64,000 bases of DNA from Pseudovirgaria hyperparasitica. Taxonomy: Eukaryota. The translations under genes were made by a program, and so were the position numbers. Every line of letters starts with the position of its first letter. The first letter of the stretch is position 1. Positions 10,513 through 23,352 of this stretch are shown here, one piece after another. The notes under the pieces are model-generated. The model saw only the letters and a list, made by a program, of their open reading frames with translations, had not been told where the DNA came from and did no database searches. The stretch lies in assembly GCA_010093815.1 (NCBI GenBank), contig ML996565.1, one strand, 5' to 3'.

Positions 10513-13353
10513 ATGTCCAGCTCATCACCAAGCCCGCCCTTCCAACAGGGCGAGGCATCATCCAGTCGCGATCCCCCGAGGCAAACAACTGTAGAGGACG
10601 AGAACGACGATGAGGATGCTCTACTCTCCTCGGATCCGTTGGAAGGCCAGACGACTGAGCGGTGAGCAAGCCTGCTCATATATACTGATGGCATTGAGCC
10701 TAACACTATGATAGCATATCCTTTAAGCGCAAACAGAAAGCTTCAAAGCCAGGCTTATCTATGCCGCGCTTCTTCTCTGCCACGACCGACGCCAATCGCG
10801 ACGATAGACCATTCCTCCCAAGTCAAGCCCCCTCGTCTCGAGACACACGCGCTCGAAGTGGCACGGATTCAACAGAAGTCATATTGAATTACCTCGACTC
10901 ACATGGGGATGCTGGGCCACAGCTTCAAGACGCGAAGCATGCCAGCGCGATGGACTGGTACGTGGAGGGGCCCGGAAGGCGCGTTGGATACGACGATCTC
11001 ACAGCCATCGATTGGATATTTGAATATGCGAAAGATAGACAGAGGCTAAGGTTTCTTTTCTCGGACACATCAGGCATCATGGGACACCTCCGGCAGCTTG
11101 CAGATGCGAGCCAAATATGGTGGATACTGATAGCTGCGGGCATTGCCAGCGGCGCAATTGCGGCATTCATCGATATCGCTAGTGACTGGCTAGGAGATCT
11201 CAAAACTGGCGTGTGCAAGAACGTAGAGGGCGACGGTCACTTCTATCTGAGTAAACCATTCTGCTGTTGGGGATATTCGGACCTGTCTCAATGCCATGAT
11301 TGGCATCCATGGAGCTCTGCGCTTGGGGTACGGTCTGCCGGAGGTGGCTATATAATAGAGTACATTTTCTTCGTCGTATTTTCTGTAAGCTTGACGACTC
11401 TTTCGCGATTCTGGCGCTCATCACGGACAGGTCTCATTTGCAGCATTCGCAAGCCTTCTTGTACAAAACTACGCGCCTTACGCAAGACACAGTGGTATCC
11501 CCGAGATCAAGACGGTCCTAGGTGGGTTCGTCATCCGGCGCTTCTTGGGCGTTTGGACTTTGGCGATCAAGTCGTTGGGTCTCGTAAGATTTGCTGTTTC
11601 TCTTGTTGGATGTGACTGATTGTAGATATAGTGTTTGGCTGTCGCATCTGGGCTATGGCTGGGTAAGGAGGGACCATTAGTTCACGTCGCATGCTGTTGC
11701 GCCAATTTGTTCATGAAGTTCTTCACTAGCATCAACGACAACGAAGGTACGTGGAACCCTGCATACACAAATGTCTTGCTAATCAGAACAGCTCGTAAAC
11801 GAGAGGTGCTTTCTGCAGCGGCAGCGGCAGGAATCTCCGTCGCCTTCGGATCTCCAATCGGGGGCGTGCTTTTCAGTCTTGAGCAACTCTCCTATTACTT
11901 TCCTGACAAGACCATGTGGCAGAGCTTCGTGTGTGCTATGGTGGCCGCTGTAACGCTCCAGGCGTGCAATCCCTTCCGGACTGGCAAGCTTGTGTTATAC
12001 CAGGTCACCTACCACAGCGGCTGGCACGCTTTCGAGATGGTCCCTTTTGCCTTGCTGGGAGTTCTGGGTGGCTTGTACGGAGGTCTTTTCATCAAGCTCA
12101 ACATGTTTGTGGCCAAATGGCGGCAAGCAAACCCTATCTTCAAGGACCCTGTCGTTGAGGTCGTCTCAGTCGCATTGCTAACGTCAATCACCAACTTCCC
12201 CATTAAGTTCATGCGCGCGCAAGCCTCTGAGCTGGTATACACATTGTTCGCCGAATGTGTGGACATCACCGACGATCAACTTGGTCTGTGCAAATCGGGC
12301 AAAGCGAATACTGGGGTTGTTGCTCTGCTGATAATCTCCGCGCTGTTGGGGTTCCTACTTGCAGCGGTCACATTCGGTCTACAGATCCCTGCAGGTATCA
12401 TCCTACCTTCAATCGCTGTGGGTGCCTTGTACGGGCGTGCTGTTGGCTTGACGGTTGAGGTTTGGCAGCAAGCGCATCCAGGCTGGCTCCCTTTCGCCTC
12501 TTGTGAACCAGATCGACCATGTGTCACTCCAGGGACATATGCCATCATAGGCGCGGCTTCCGCCCTTGGGGGCGCTACCAGAATGACAGTCTCAATTGTT
12601 GTGATCATGTTCGAGCTGACTGGCGCTCTAACTTATGTCTTACCGATCATGATTGCTGTCATGCTCAGCAAATGGATTGGCGACGCAATTTCGCCCAAAG
12701 GCATCTACGAGTCCTGGATTCACTTCAAAGGATACCCCTTTCTCGACAACCGTGATGAGAACAGCGCTTCTATCCCTGACGTACCTGCGTCTCGTATTTT
12801 CACCAAGCTAGAAGACTGCGTTGTAATCACTGTAACCGGCCACACAATCCAGAGCCTGCAAGACCTGCTGAAGCAGCATACGTTCCGTGGCTTTCCTGTC
12901 ATTGACACGCCACGCGATGCGTTACTTCTTGGATACATTTCACGTACCGAACTCGCCTTCGCCCTCAACTCAGCACTCACCTCACGCTCCCTTTTCCCAG
13001 AAACAGAGGCATACTTCTCCCATCAACCCCTCTCAGACCCGACTTGCAGCCTCGATCTACGCCCCTGGATGGACCAGACTCCAATCACATTAAACTTTCG
13101 CGCCAGCTTCCAGCTCACGCTGAATATGTTCCAGCGTCTAGGGTTGCGCTACGTGTTGTTCAATGACCGAGGAACGCTGAAGGGCCTACTTACGAAAAAG
13201 GATGTCTGGTACGTGCTCAACGCCAACGACGACGAGAACGGAGTCTTGCGCGAGGAGAACGAGGAGCAAGAAGAAGGATTGCTGGGCGACAGCAGCCACG
13301 AAAACGGCCCGCCGAGTTGGGCAGAGCATGCAGAGCATTTCCCGGGGCTGTAG
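10513..13353 (+). CDS. CLC-family chloride/proton antiporter (Gef1-like) with C-terminal CBS pair
   Basis: Introns 10662-10714, 11385-11430, 11584-11631, 11747-11791. Motifs [42 protein letters not shown] motifs FRGFPV and MDQTP. Confidence 0.95.
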
Positions 13354-13539
13354 ATTCGTCACGGTCAGGCTGTCTGCATATAACAGTAATGTAAATGATA
13401 GTGTACGATACATGGTGTACGAACTTTGCGCTCAATTTTTGACTTCCTCATATATAATATAATAACCTCGAAGCCTCCGCACCGGCTGCCGCGCAGTCAT
13501 CGGCCGACTGACTCACCGTGCGCTTCACCAATTCCCTGC

Positions 13540-13555
13540 GTCTAATTAATTAGAC
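13540..13555. promoter_or_regulatory. Perfect 16-bp palindrome GTCTAATTAATTAGAC upstream of the poly-His gene
   Basis: The sequence equals its reverse complement; the core CTAATTAATTAG recurs at 24153-24164. A regulatory role is inferred only. Confidence 0.35.
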
Positions 13556-13835
13556 CACCGCCCAACCCCGCAAATCCGGAAATCTCACATGCCATAATTA
13601 GATGCCCGGTAGATCCACCCGCATCAACATCGGCATTCATCATCCGTAGCCCCACTCGCACACCACACCACGTTGGATTCTATTACCCGTTTTATCAAAG
13701 ACGTCACGAATACCACCAACCCAACCACTCAAACACTCTTAGCACCAACCCATGCTCCACATCCACAGCACTAGTCACTCTATATAGACATACACATAAC
13801 TTTCCCCCATTTCCCCAAAGACCCTGCCAGAGCAA

Positions 13836-13913
13836 ATGTACGACTACAACTACATTGACAACTCGACTTCGTACCGCGAGGAACTGGACAATCTGAAGCG
13901 TAAATCCCGTGGC

Positions 13914-13967
<54 letters not shown>

Positions 13968-14189
13968 AAGCAGCTGCAGCAGCAGAACGAGAGTCTGGAT
14001 AGGCAGCGTCGTAGCGGCAATCTTCCTGGCTGGCAATCCGATAGTGACGACAGCAACAATAATAACATGACCGGCCCCGCGAAACAGAGGCAGCGACACG
14101 ACACGCTGGCGCAGAAGGCGGCGCGCAATCCGACGTTGTTGGGCGATCCGGTTAGTTTGAAGGCGGAGGAGGCGGCGGTGGCACCATCG

Positions 14190-14223
<34 letters not shown>

Positions 14224-14566
14224 AAGGGGAGGCAAATGCAGGGAAGGGCAAAGGTATGTACTTTACTCTTTCTTTCTTACATGTCTCTCTCTCTCCTTGC
14301 CAGTTTCGTTGCCCTATACATCATCCTACATCCCGTGTTCTTCCATCTCGATTCTCGAACCCCTCAAAAAACCCCTTTTCATGTCCCCAGACTATATTTT
14401 CCCTAACACATCTACAGCCCCAACCCTCAAGCAGCGCGCTCTGCAGAACCGGTCCATGCTCGGCGACCCGGTGAGTCTGAAGGCGGAGACGACGGAGAGG
14501 GATCCCGTGGATCATGATAACGGGCCTTCTTCGGCTGCGTCGTCGGATGGGAAGTCGAAGCTGTGA
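13836..14566 (+). CDS. Small hydrophilic protein with His18 tract, two LGDPVSLKAE motifs and C-terminal SKL (PTS1)
   Basis: TATATA at 13781. Exons 13836-14253 and 14418-14566; intron GTATGT..CTAAC..CAG. The spliced product ends DGKSKL*. An alternative start is ATG 14067. Confidence 0.75.
13914..13967 (+). repeat. (CAT)18 microsatellite encoding poly-His
   Basis: Direct read. Confidence 0.95.
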
Positions 14567-14798
14567 GATGCCGCGCCGGATGGAGGGGGTGGTTGTGTGT
14601 CTGTGTAGGAGAGTGTGCGTCGAATGGGCTTGATGTGGCTTGGAGGATGACGGATGGATGGAATGGACATGCACCAAGTATATATATATAAACACATATC
14701 TGCCTCCGTGCGCGGCATGTACAGGCACGCCTGAACACATACGTGCACACAGACACGGGGCGACGCGGGAATATAATAATATTACCATTACTAGTCGA

Positions 14799-16795
14799 CT
14801 AAGCATCTACGTCCCGCGTAGCATGCCGTTGCTGCTGCTGCTGCTGCTGTTGCGCACAACTGCCCGTCCCGTCATACTGCTCCCAGACAATAGGGCTAAA
14901 CGTTTCATTCCCATAGGAGCTGCCGCCGTACTCGAGATAGCCTGCGGCATACTCGATAGGTACGCTGCGGATGGCAGCGGCGTCGCCAATGACCCAGACG
15001 GTCTGCATGCCTGTCGTACACGGCTCATTAGCACATATTACCTCCCCTACTTCGCCATCCCCAAGACGAGGTGACGGCAGAACGAAGACTTACCCATAAT
15101 CATGTGCTGCAAGGTATGGCAATGGACCATCCAGACGCCCGGCTGAGCCAGACGCACCCTCCAGGCGCGCCAGCCACTGACCCCGCCCGGCGTGGTCTTG
15201 AGACCGTAGCGATACAGCATCGTGGTGTCGCGCTCGACGGGCCGCCAGTGCCGCTCCTTGATCTTCGCCTCGTTGGCAACCGGGTCGTAGGTGCCGTTGC
15301 CGGAGCCGATGTCGAAGACGTGCTGGCCGTGGGCGTGGAACGGGTGCACGTCGAGGCCGCCGCCGTTGTTGAACAGCGAGCCGGTGTTCTGGAATACGAC
15401 CTCGATGACCTCGCCTTGTTTTGCCGGGAAGGCCTTGCTGATGGGGTCGTAGCCCTGGCTGGCGGGAGACGAGGCGGCAGCAAAGGAAGGGACGGCAGCC
15501 TCACCGGACTTGTAGATGTCGATTAGCAGTGGGGATTCGTAGACGGCTTCGGTCCAGGTGTAGTTGTTGCTGAACTTCCAAATCAGGTGCTGAGAGAAGG
15601 TCTGGATCTGGCTTGTGTTCAGGATGATGCGTCGCGTGACTTCCTCGAGCGCTGGGAAGTCGTGGCGTGGGTACAACGGCTGGAGGGCGTATTCGGCCCA
15701 GTCGTAGGTTGCGTTTGGGAGGGTGAGGGGGGCCACTGCAGGGGCTTTCGGGAGAGGCGAATCTGGTTCGTAGCGGAGGATGGCATAGCCACGGTAAACG
15801 GTAGGGCGATCACGCGACTCGAATTGAATAAAGTAAGAGCTGCGCTGGGCGGCGGCGAGGTCAGCAGCAGATTTGGTGCTGAAGAGGATGTCGAAGCGAT
15901 TTCCGCTTCCGAGCTGCATGCGATCAACCACGTGCGGCTCGGTGTAGTGGCCTTCGACGTTGATGATGGTGAGATTAGGATGTCCCTCAAAAGCGATGAG
16001 AGTGTGGGAGAGAGCGGTGCCACCGATGAAGCGGAATCTGTATGTCTTGCCAGGACGTACGTCGATGACTGGAAGGGAGCATTCCGAGGCCTCTGTTGGG
16101 GGTGTGTTTGGTACCCCCTTTCCGTTGAGCAGAATTGCGTTGGTCTCGCCGGACCATGTGAAGGGCACGCCCTGCAGACCTCCCTCAATTACTTCATCAG
16201 TCTTGTTGAAGTAGTCTGTGAGCATGAAGACGCGTTCCTCGTCGTAATCGTACGGCTTTCGGCCGCAGTCTTCAACAATTAACGGCCCAGCTGCGGTGAG
16301 CGCTTGGATGCCGACGTGAGAGTGATAGAAATAAGTTCCGGCGTCGTCTTCTTCGGCATATATCTCGTAGTCGAAGAAATGCTTTGCTGGGATGGGCCAT
16401 TGAGTTGCCAGTGGGCTGCCGTCCGAGAAGGGGGCAACTCGCTGTGCCAGACCATGCCAGTGCTGCCACCACGTTAGTATTATATGCGCCCGAGATGGTT
16501 TCATACAGCTCACCATAGTTGTGTTCAATGATTCCATGTCGTTATACACCCGAATCCAGGTTGTCGAGCCCGGCTTCAAGCGAATCTCTGGACCCGGCGA
16601 GGTGCCATTTACCAAAACCGATTTTCGAACCTGGCAAGCCACAGGAGCAGTGTCTTCTGTGATTCGGAGGATATAATCCGGCTGAAAGTCGTCGCCATGT
16701 TTGGCGCCGTGGCCTGCGGCGACGAAAGGCGCGATACTACATAAAACAAGTACAGCTGATAGGAGGAAAGACGAGACGGAAATGATGCCCTTCAT
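14799..16795 (-). CDS. Secreted multicopper oxidase, fungal ascorbate-oxidase-like
   Basis: Signal peptide. Copper motifs HWHG, FYHSH, HPFHAHG, HCHTLQHMIMGM (axial Met). Introns 16463-16513 and 15011-15093; last exon MQTVWVIG..YLEYGGSSYGN..Q8..*. Confidence 0.93.
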
Positions 16796-17841
16796 CACAG
16801 CGCATAGTAATGGGCAGGTAAGAAAAGAATAAAGAATGAAACGTCCAAGGTGTAATTAGCTGGAAGCAGGTAATAGTTGTAACGGCCCGAGAGATAGCTA
16901 CGTAAGTCGGTCGTCGTATGAGATTAGCATGGTCTGATCACAGTCGCGCTTGAATCATCCCCGGATCCGCGCTCAAGCCTTGTGGTCCACAAGCTCTCGA
17001 AGCACACGACTGGGTGTGTGACAAGTATCGAAGGCAAAATGGCCACTTACGTACACTCTGAACATCATTGAACGGATATGTTAAGCATGGCTGGAGGCTG
17101 AACGACGCGTTGCGGGATTGGATGCCCCTGTTCTATCAGCGGGTTCGTGTTCATAAGGCAACCTATGATATTCCATGTAATACTAAACAGCTGCCGAGAC
17201 AGTATCGCTATAGAACGTTGGCGCAACGCTCGTCAGTCAGCTTAGACAACAAGCTAAGGCTGAACAAGGGATGAGATGCCATGATTGAATACCAACATTT
17301 GGAACACATATACACACTCAGTAATTGGCATACAACATCTAATGCCCGCATGGCGTAGAGACAAAAAGTAGCCTCGTCGTGCCAAGGTAGCAGCGAGCAC
17401 TCGGGGCTCACGAGATAATGACATACATATATCCACGCATAAAGCGGCGAAAAACGATTATGTCGTAGCGGGCGAATCTTCGCGGGCATGTCCACGATAC
17501 CTTGCGTTGTGGAATGTCGTTGTGAAACATGTGGTGCGAAACAAATGTGGGACGATTCCATCGCTGCTGTGGGGGCGTTTTTTGGCGAGGAAGGCTTCGT
17601 GGGTTTCACGAAGCTCACGGCCATGATATCGCGCTGCCACATTGGGTGACCATCCAGCTCACCTTTCACGGCCCATGACCGCAGCATAACCTATAACCAT
17701 GTCTGAACAGACGTCGTGTTACGAGCTTGAGATAAGAAACCTCCTGGTCGCAGCACAACGTTTGTAGAATACTTGTGATAGGACTGTTCATAATTCAATG
17801 GATACTCTCGGCATCGACTATGGTATACACGGCAACTTTCA

Positions 17842-19536
17842 TCATCTCGTTACGCCAGAGTCCGATCTCAAGTCCGGTGGTCTCCAATCGAAAAGATCAA
17901 AGGCTTCCTTGCTCCATGGCCCAAGATCTTTTGAATGATCGATTTTGGGCGGCAGGACCTTCTTTGAGACCGTGGCAGCTTTCCCTTTCGTTGCGCTTTG
18001 TGGCTGCTTTATTAGACGTCTCCGCGATCTTGGTGGCGGCATCTTGTTTGTTTCGGTCGCTATCTGATTATGACCAGCGGAAGCGTCTGCTTGCCTGGTA
18101 TATGCCATGTCCGGTAGCATACCAATGTCTCCGGCTTGCTGTTCGATCCGCAAATCGCTGTTAGTTTCCCTCGTGTTCGTTACCGTCGTCTCTCGGACAG
18201 GACAACTTTGACCTATTCGAGTTGCATTGACAGACCCAGAAATGGGTCTATCCTCCGTATGTGCCGTCAGAGCACCCTTTCGTGTACTAGCCTGCGCACT
18301 TTCAGCAGTATCGATTCCTTCGTCCTCCTTGACTAGCTCGATCTCTCTACGTGTAAAGCTGGAACTACCGGCGGAGGCGCCCAGTCGACTTGCAGTACTT
18401 GGCCTTGACTTTGGTTGTGGCTGATTTTCACACATCAGCGTCTTCTTGACTTTTCCAGTTGGTATTCGGAGAGGCCTTGTTTTCGGTCTTGGGACATCTT
18501 GTAACTCATTGGTCATTGCTGAAACCTTTATAGGAGCAATTGCAACAGTCTTTGATGGAGCTGCAGACTGATCGAGGAATTCGTCAACTCTTGTAATTTT
18601 GTTTATGACGCTCACCGGTGGTGACGATGTGGGTTGTAAAGCCTGTTTCGGAGGAGTATGCCTCGCAGACCTTGCGATGACGGGTCGTCGCAGGGTCGTT
18701 GCAGCGTTCACCGCTACACGCGATTCCGGCCTTGGCTTCGGTGGTGCGACTGTGTTGCCATTCACACGTATTGGAGACACGTCCGGCAGGGTAACATCAG
18801 AGAGCACGCTCTCTTCGTTGTCTGACACGAGGTCGACAACATCCTCACCGGAGGCAACAACAGCTGGCCGTGCGCCTGGCGATGTCTGTCCCTGAGACGT
18901 CTGTTTCCACAATGATGCGCGTTTCGTAGCACTGGGTAGCCTTGGCCCTGAATCCCTTTTCGCCTGTTCCACTGCGTCCGTCCTTGCCCTCTTCACCGGT
19001 CTGGGGTTTGCTATTCCATTCTCCTTCTCTTCCCTCAAGTCAAATGGCGACTTCTCGTTCAACGCTGCTCGCCCGTACGACGAACCAATCGGCTTATTTA
19101 TAATGGATGACAGGGCTCGATGTCGCGGCTGGCTGGGGTCTCTGCGAATGGAGCTGTGAAGCGCACTGCTGAGGGGAGCTCGAGGATGCGTAGAGTGTCT
19201 TGGTCTCGGTGAAGGCTTGTCTTTCTTTTCGAACAGCGGTGCGAGGTCGGTCTGTACGCTGCCCTTTGGTTCACCGACTGTGACCAGGATGCCTCTCTCG
19301 AGCGTGATGTCATCGCCCTCTTGTATGTCCGCCTTTTCCTGCCAATGTAGATCCCCAATGTAGTTCTTCGACGTGTCGTAGACCATGATCCGCTTGTTGA
19401 ATGTGTGAAATGAGAGGACGCCATCTTGATATATCTTCTTCTTCTTTTTTATATCGTGGGAATACAGACAGTCAAATTCGTGTACCGGTGCGGTATTCTG
19501 CGTCAGAGGAACATTGTGCGTGGAGAGGGCGGTCAT
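17842..19536 (-). CDS. DUF2439 (Mte1/ZGRF1 N-terminal-like) domain protein
   Basis: VHEFDCLYSHDIKKKKKIYQDGVLSFHTFNKRIMVYD..ILVTVGE at the N-terminus, then a disordered region, ending GPWSKEAFDLFDWRPP. First ATG at 19536. Confidence 0.85.
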   Translation of the reverse strand: MTALSTHNVPLTQNTAPVHEFDCLYSHDIKKKKKIYQDGVLSFHTFNKRIMVYDTSKNYIGDLHWQEKADIQEGDDITLERGILVTVGEPKGSVQTDLAPLFEKKDKPSPRPRHSTHPRAPLSSALHSSIRRDPSQPRHRALSSIINKPIGSSYGRAALNEKSPFDLREEKENGIANPRPVKRARTDAVEQAKRDSGPRLPSATKRASLWKQTSQGQTSPGARPAVVASGEDVVDLVSDNEESVLSDVTLPDVSPIRVNGNTVAPPKPRPESRVAVNAATTLRRPVIARSARHTPPKQALQPTSSPPVSVINKITRVDEFLDQSAAPSKTVAIAPIKVSAMTNELQDVPRPKTRPLRIPTGKVKKTLMCENQPQPKSRPSTASRLGASAGSSSFTRREIELVKEDEGIDTAESAQASTRKGALTAHTEDRPISGSVNATRIGQSCPVRETTVTNTRETNSDLRIEQQAGDIGMLPDMAYTRQADASAGHNQIATETNKMPPPRSRRRLIKQPQSATKGKAATVSKKVLPPKIDHSKDLGPWSKEAFDLFDWRPPDLRSDSGVTR

Positions 19537-20053
19537 GATTGTCTGAGGTTTGTGGGACGAGTCCAACGAGTGCTGTTACGGGACATGACGAATTTGTTCT
19601 AATTAGAGGAGTGTTATGACGAGCTGAACCGGAGCAAGATGCGTGGTGACGCCAGGAAGCTGATATGGCCGCATGAAGCACATTGTTTGGGGTGACGCGA
19701 CTTGATAAGCGTGGCCTGGAGAAGACGCGCGACAATTCCACCTGGTCCTGATATTACGCACCACATTCCCAGTTATTCTGCCGGGCGGAGGCGATTGTCC
19801 CCCCCCGCCTGACAGCTGATAGTGACTCCCGAGACCCGCCAAATGCACCTTTTGGTATTAAATCAAACGCACGCCAACCAGGGCTGATGTTGCCTTAGGT
19901 TGTACTAACATCAGTATCCAATCACTACGCCTGGTCTCCTCGGCCTCCTCAACGCCACAATACAACTGTTTGTGCCCACTATGACCTGAACGATTGTCTG
20001 TCCTTTCTTACACGGCGCAGCAATGCGAGTTGAAGCTGTCTGAGAGCGCCAGC

Positions 20054-21573
20054 ATGCAGCGAGTGCACAGGAAGTTTGGCTCATTCAAGCCACGGACAGC
20101 GGATGAGACCAAGGTCGGCGCCTTGCTCAAGGATTTCGAGGATGCAGAGCAGATGCTGGGCGAGGTATGTTTGTGAAGGTTGACGAGAGAAAGGGCATGG
20201 CTGAGTGCTTCCAGCTCGTGGACACCACCGAGCAATGGCGCAACGCGTGGAACGGCATCCTCAACCACCAATTGCTCATGATCACCGAGTTCAACCTCCT
20301 GTACACGCCAATCATTGCGACGGGAGAGCACAGCACGCCTCACCATGCCGAGACCCCCCAACACATCACCGACCGGACGGCCGCACTGTGCGCTGCGTAC
20401 ACAGATCTACAGGCCGACATGAAGAGCGAGGTCCAGGCTGTAGACACGAGGATCACCACGCCCGCGAAGGAGGCACGAGAGTGTCTGAAGCCATTGAAGA
20501 AGGTGCTGAAGAAGCGAGAGGACAGGAAGCTCGACTACGAGAGATACAGGAGCCGTGTAGCCTCCTTGGACAAGAAGGCGAAGCGTTCAGACCGCGAAAA
20601 CGCAACTCTCGCAAAGCAGGAGATGGAACTGGAACGCACAACCGCCGAGTATCAAGACGCTGACCAGCATCTTCGGCATGTCCTACCACCGATACTGAAC
20701 GCCACCTTCTCTCTTCTCCCGCACCTACTCGCCGCACAGATTGAGATCCAGAACACGCTCCTGGGGCACCTGTACACAGTCCTGAACGAATACGCAGACC
20801 AGCACCAATTCCCCAATCCGCCGCCCGAACTGCAAGACGTGATAGGCCCCTGGGACGCCGAATTCACTCCCTTTAGACGCGAGCTGGAAAGCGGCTACGC
20901 CATGATCGCCAAGGGCAAGGCTGTCCAGGTGCCTATGGGCCACCAAACAGGAAGCACCCTGACCGGGCTCGGCATCCGCAACAAAATCAGCGACCGACGC
21001 ACCATCAGCTCCTCGACCTCCGCGTCCAACGCGTCCGAGCAACGCAGACTGGCCGCACCGCGGTACGAGGAAGAGCAGCACGCCGAGAACGGCAGACCGA
21101 GAATCTCCAACGCGACAAAGCCGAGAATCGGATACCTGTCGACTCCGCACCACGAGGAGCACAGCCGCACGCCGAGCCCGGGCGCAGACTCGTACGCACT
21201 GTCCCGCACATCGACCGCCTCGTCGACGTCCCAATCCGACTACTTTGCCCAGCAGCAGAGACCGCGCATCTCGTCCCGCCCGTCAGCCAGCTCTCTCGCA
21301 TCCTCGCCGGCCTCGTCCACGGCCCCCGGCATCAGCATCGGCATCGGCAAGAAGAAACCGCCGCCGCCACCCCCGCCACCAAAGAAGATTGGCTCTTTCC
21401 AGGGCGAGTTCGTGACGGCCATGTATGACTACGAGGGCCAGAGCCAGGGGGACTTGTCGTTTAGCACGGGCGACAGGATCAGGGTGCTCAAGAAGACGCA
21501 GAGCTCGCATGACTGGTGGGAGGGCGAGGTGCGCGGCGTGCGCGGCCAGTTCCCTGCCAACTACTGTCGCTAG
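20054..21573 (+). CDS. BAR domain + C-terminal SH3 protein (amphiphysin/Rvs167-like architecture)
   Basis: Exon 1 MQRVHRKFG.. 20054-20164, intron 20165-20214. Helical KKREDRKLDYER; poly-Pro; SH3 AMYDYEGQSQGDLSF..WWEG..GQFPANY. Confidence 0.9.
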
Positions 21574-21969
21574 GCGGGGAGGTAGGGAGGCAGGCAGGGA
21601 AGCAGACAGGCAGGCAGACAGTGGCAACAAGACGAGAGTGCCCTCGATTGTAGCTTTGTGTGTATTCTTCAGGTTGTCGAACGGTGTGTGTTTGTGACAT
21701 GTGACCTGTGACATGTGACATGTGACGTGCCCGCATTGATATCTTCATGTTGTGTTCGCCATTCGCCAGACGTACCTGACAGCAGGTAAGGATGTAACGT
21801 GAGACATCGGTTGGGCAGTTTGAGTATGTATGGATGTGTGGATGTGTGTGGATGTGTAGACGTGTGGATGCGTGGACGTGTGGACGGGAATGTCTCAAGG
21901 GCAACATCCCGCGAGTACATCTAGGACCCCCTGTTTTCCACTTCGGGTGTCTGTTCAGATGAAGATGTA

Positions 21970-22002
21970 GAAGAAGAAGAAGAAGAAGAAGAAGAAGAAG
22001 AA
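21970..22002. repeat. (GAA)11 microsatellite
   Basis: Direct read. Confidence 0.9.
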
Positions 22003-22056
22003 GGCAGACGAGGATGATGGTTAATGAGGATTATGTTATATGTAAGCACGGCTATG

Positions 22057-22090
<34 letters not shown>

Positions 22091-22332
22091 GCACAGGAGC
22101 ACGGCAGAAAATAGAAATGGTTGCGGGTATCACTCTCTCTCTCTCCCTCATACGACAACACAAGCTTCCCTTGTCTATGCGTGCGCATGCGGCACAGTCA
22201 ACGTCAATGGATGCCAACGTCAACGTCGCTTCACGCCCTTCTTCATTAACCCCCTTCCCCTCCCTCCCCTCCGTGCAAATATTACCAATCGTATATACCA
22301 GCCCCCAGCCAAACACCTCCTCGACAGCAAGC

Positions 22333-23352
22333 TCAATTGTCCTTCTTCGGGATGTACTCCATCAGCTCGACCATCTCCTCCTTGGAGAACAGGCCGGCGG
22401 TGATGAAGCGGTAGGCCTCGACCAGGATCCAGACGGGCAGGACGACCCAGAGCATGTTGAAGAAGGTCAGGTAGACCCAGCTGTAGCGAGAGACGCGCGG
22501 TACATGTCAGCCGTGGAACAAGGAAGAAACGAAAGAAAGGACGAAAGAACGAAAGAACGAAAGAAAAAGAAAAGAAAAAGGAACTCACAGAAACAGCCAA
22601 TTCCCCGTCTCCAAATTCCCACACCCACTCAACCACTCAGGCGCAAACGTCATGAACCCACCATACAACTCCCCCGTCGCCAACACGCCCATCCAGAACC
22701 ACACGCCCTTCCCAGCCCGCCGATCACCCCGCGCGCCACGCACAAGCAGCACGCAGATATACGCCGCCAGGGGCGCGCCAATGCACACGGTCAGCAGCTC
22801 GAGCGAGACGATGGTCAGGTCGGCGCCGCCCCAGCGCCGGTCGGCTTTTGCGTATTCCTGCCAGAGACGGGCGGCCGGGTTGGTGCCGTAGATGCTGCCG
22901 TAGAGGTTCTGTGCGTCGGCGAGGAAGTGGATGCCGGGAGGGGTGAGCGGGGGTGCGGCGGCGGCGATGGCGGAGAGGATGGCGGAGGAGGAGGAGGAGG
23001 CAGAGGATGGCGGAACGGGAGCCGGGGACGGAGGAGGGGAGGCGGCGAACCAGCGCTTTGAGGGCGGAGCGGCGGCGGCGGCGAGCGTGTCGAGCGGAGA
23101 AGGCGGCGTGGGGACGGAGGTGAGGAAGCAGTTGAGTAGGAATGTGCCCTCGAGGAAGGTGTGAATGAGGGCGTCAAAGGCGTGCCAGACGAAGAGGATG
23201 CGGGTCTTTGTGGAGGCGGAGGAGGGGAGGAGGCGCGTGGATGTCGCGTAGGCGGCGGCGAGGATGGCGACGGTGGTGAGCAGGGAGAGGACTGTTGTTG
23301 TGTCGATTTGCGGGTCGGCGTACGGGGACGGGGATGGGCTGCGGGTGGACAT
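22333..23352 (-). CDS. EXPERA / emopamil-binding-protein-like membrane protein
   Basis: WHAFDALIHTFLEG, LWQEYAKADRRW, SLELLTV, ELYGGFMTFAPEWL. Intron 22481-22588; exon 2 WVYLTFFNMLWVVLP..PKKDN* (KKxx ER-retrieval-like). Confidence 0.9.

Noticed and set aside
17068..17687. ORFs between the oxidase and DUF2439 genes
   Set aside because: No domain, codon bias or splice support; most likely the oxidase promoter and DUF2439 3' UTR.
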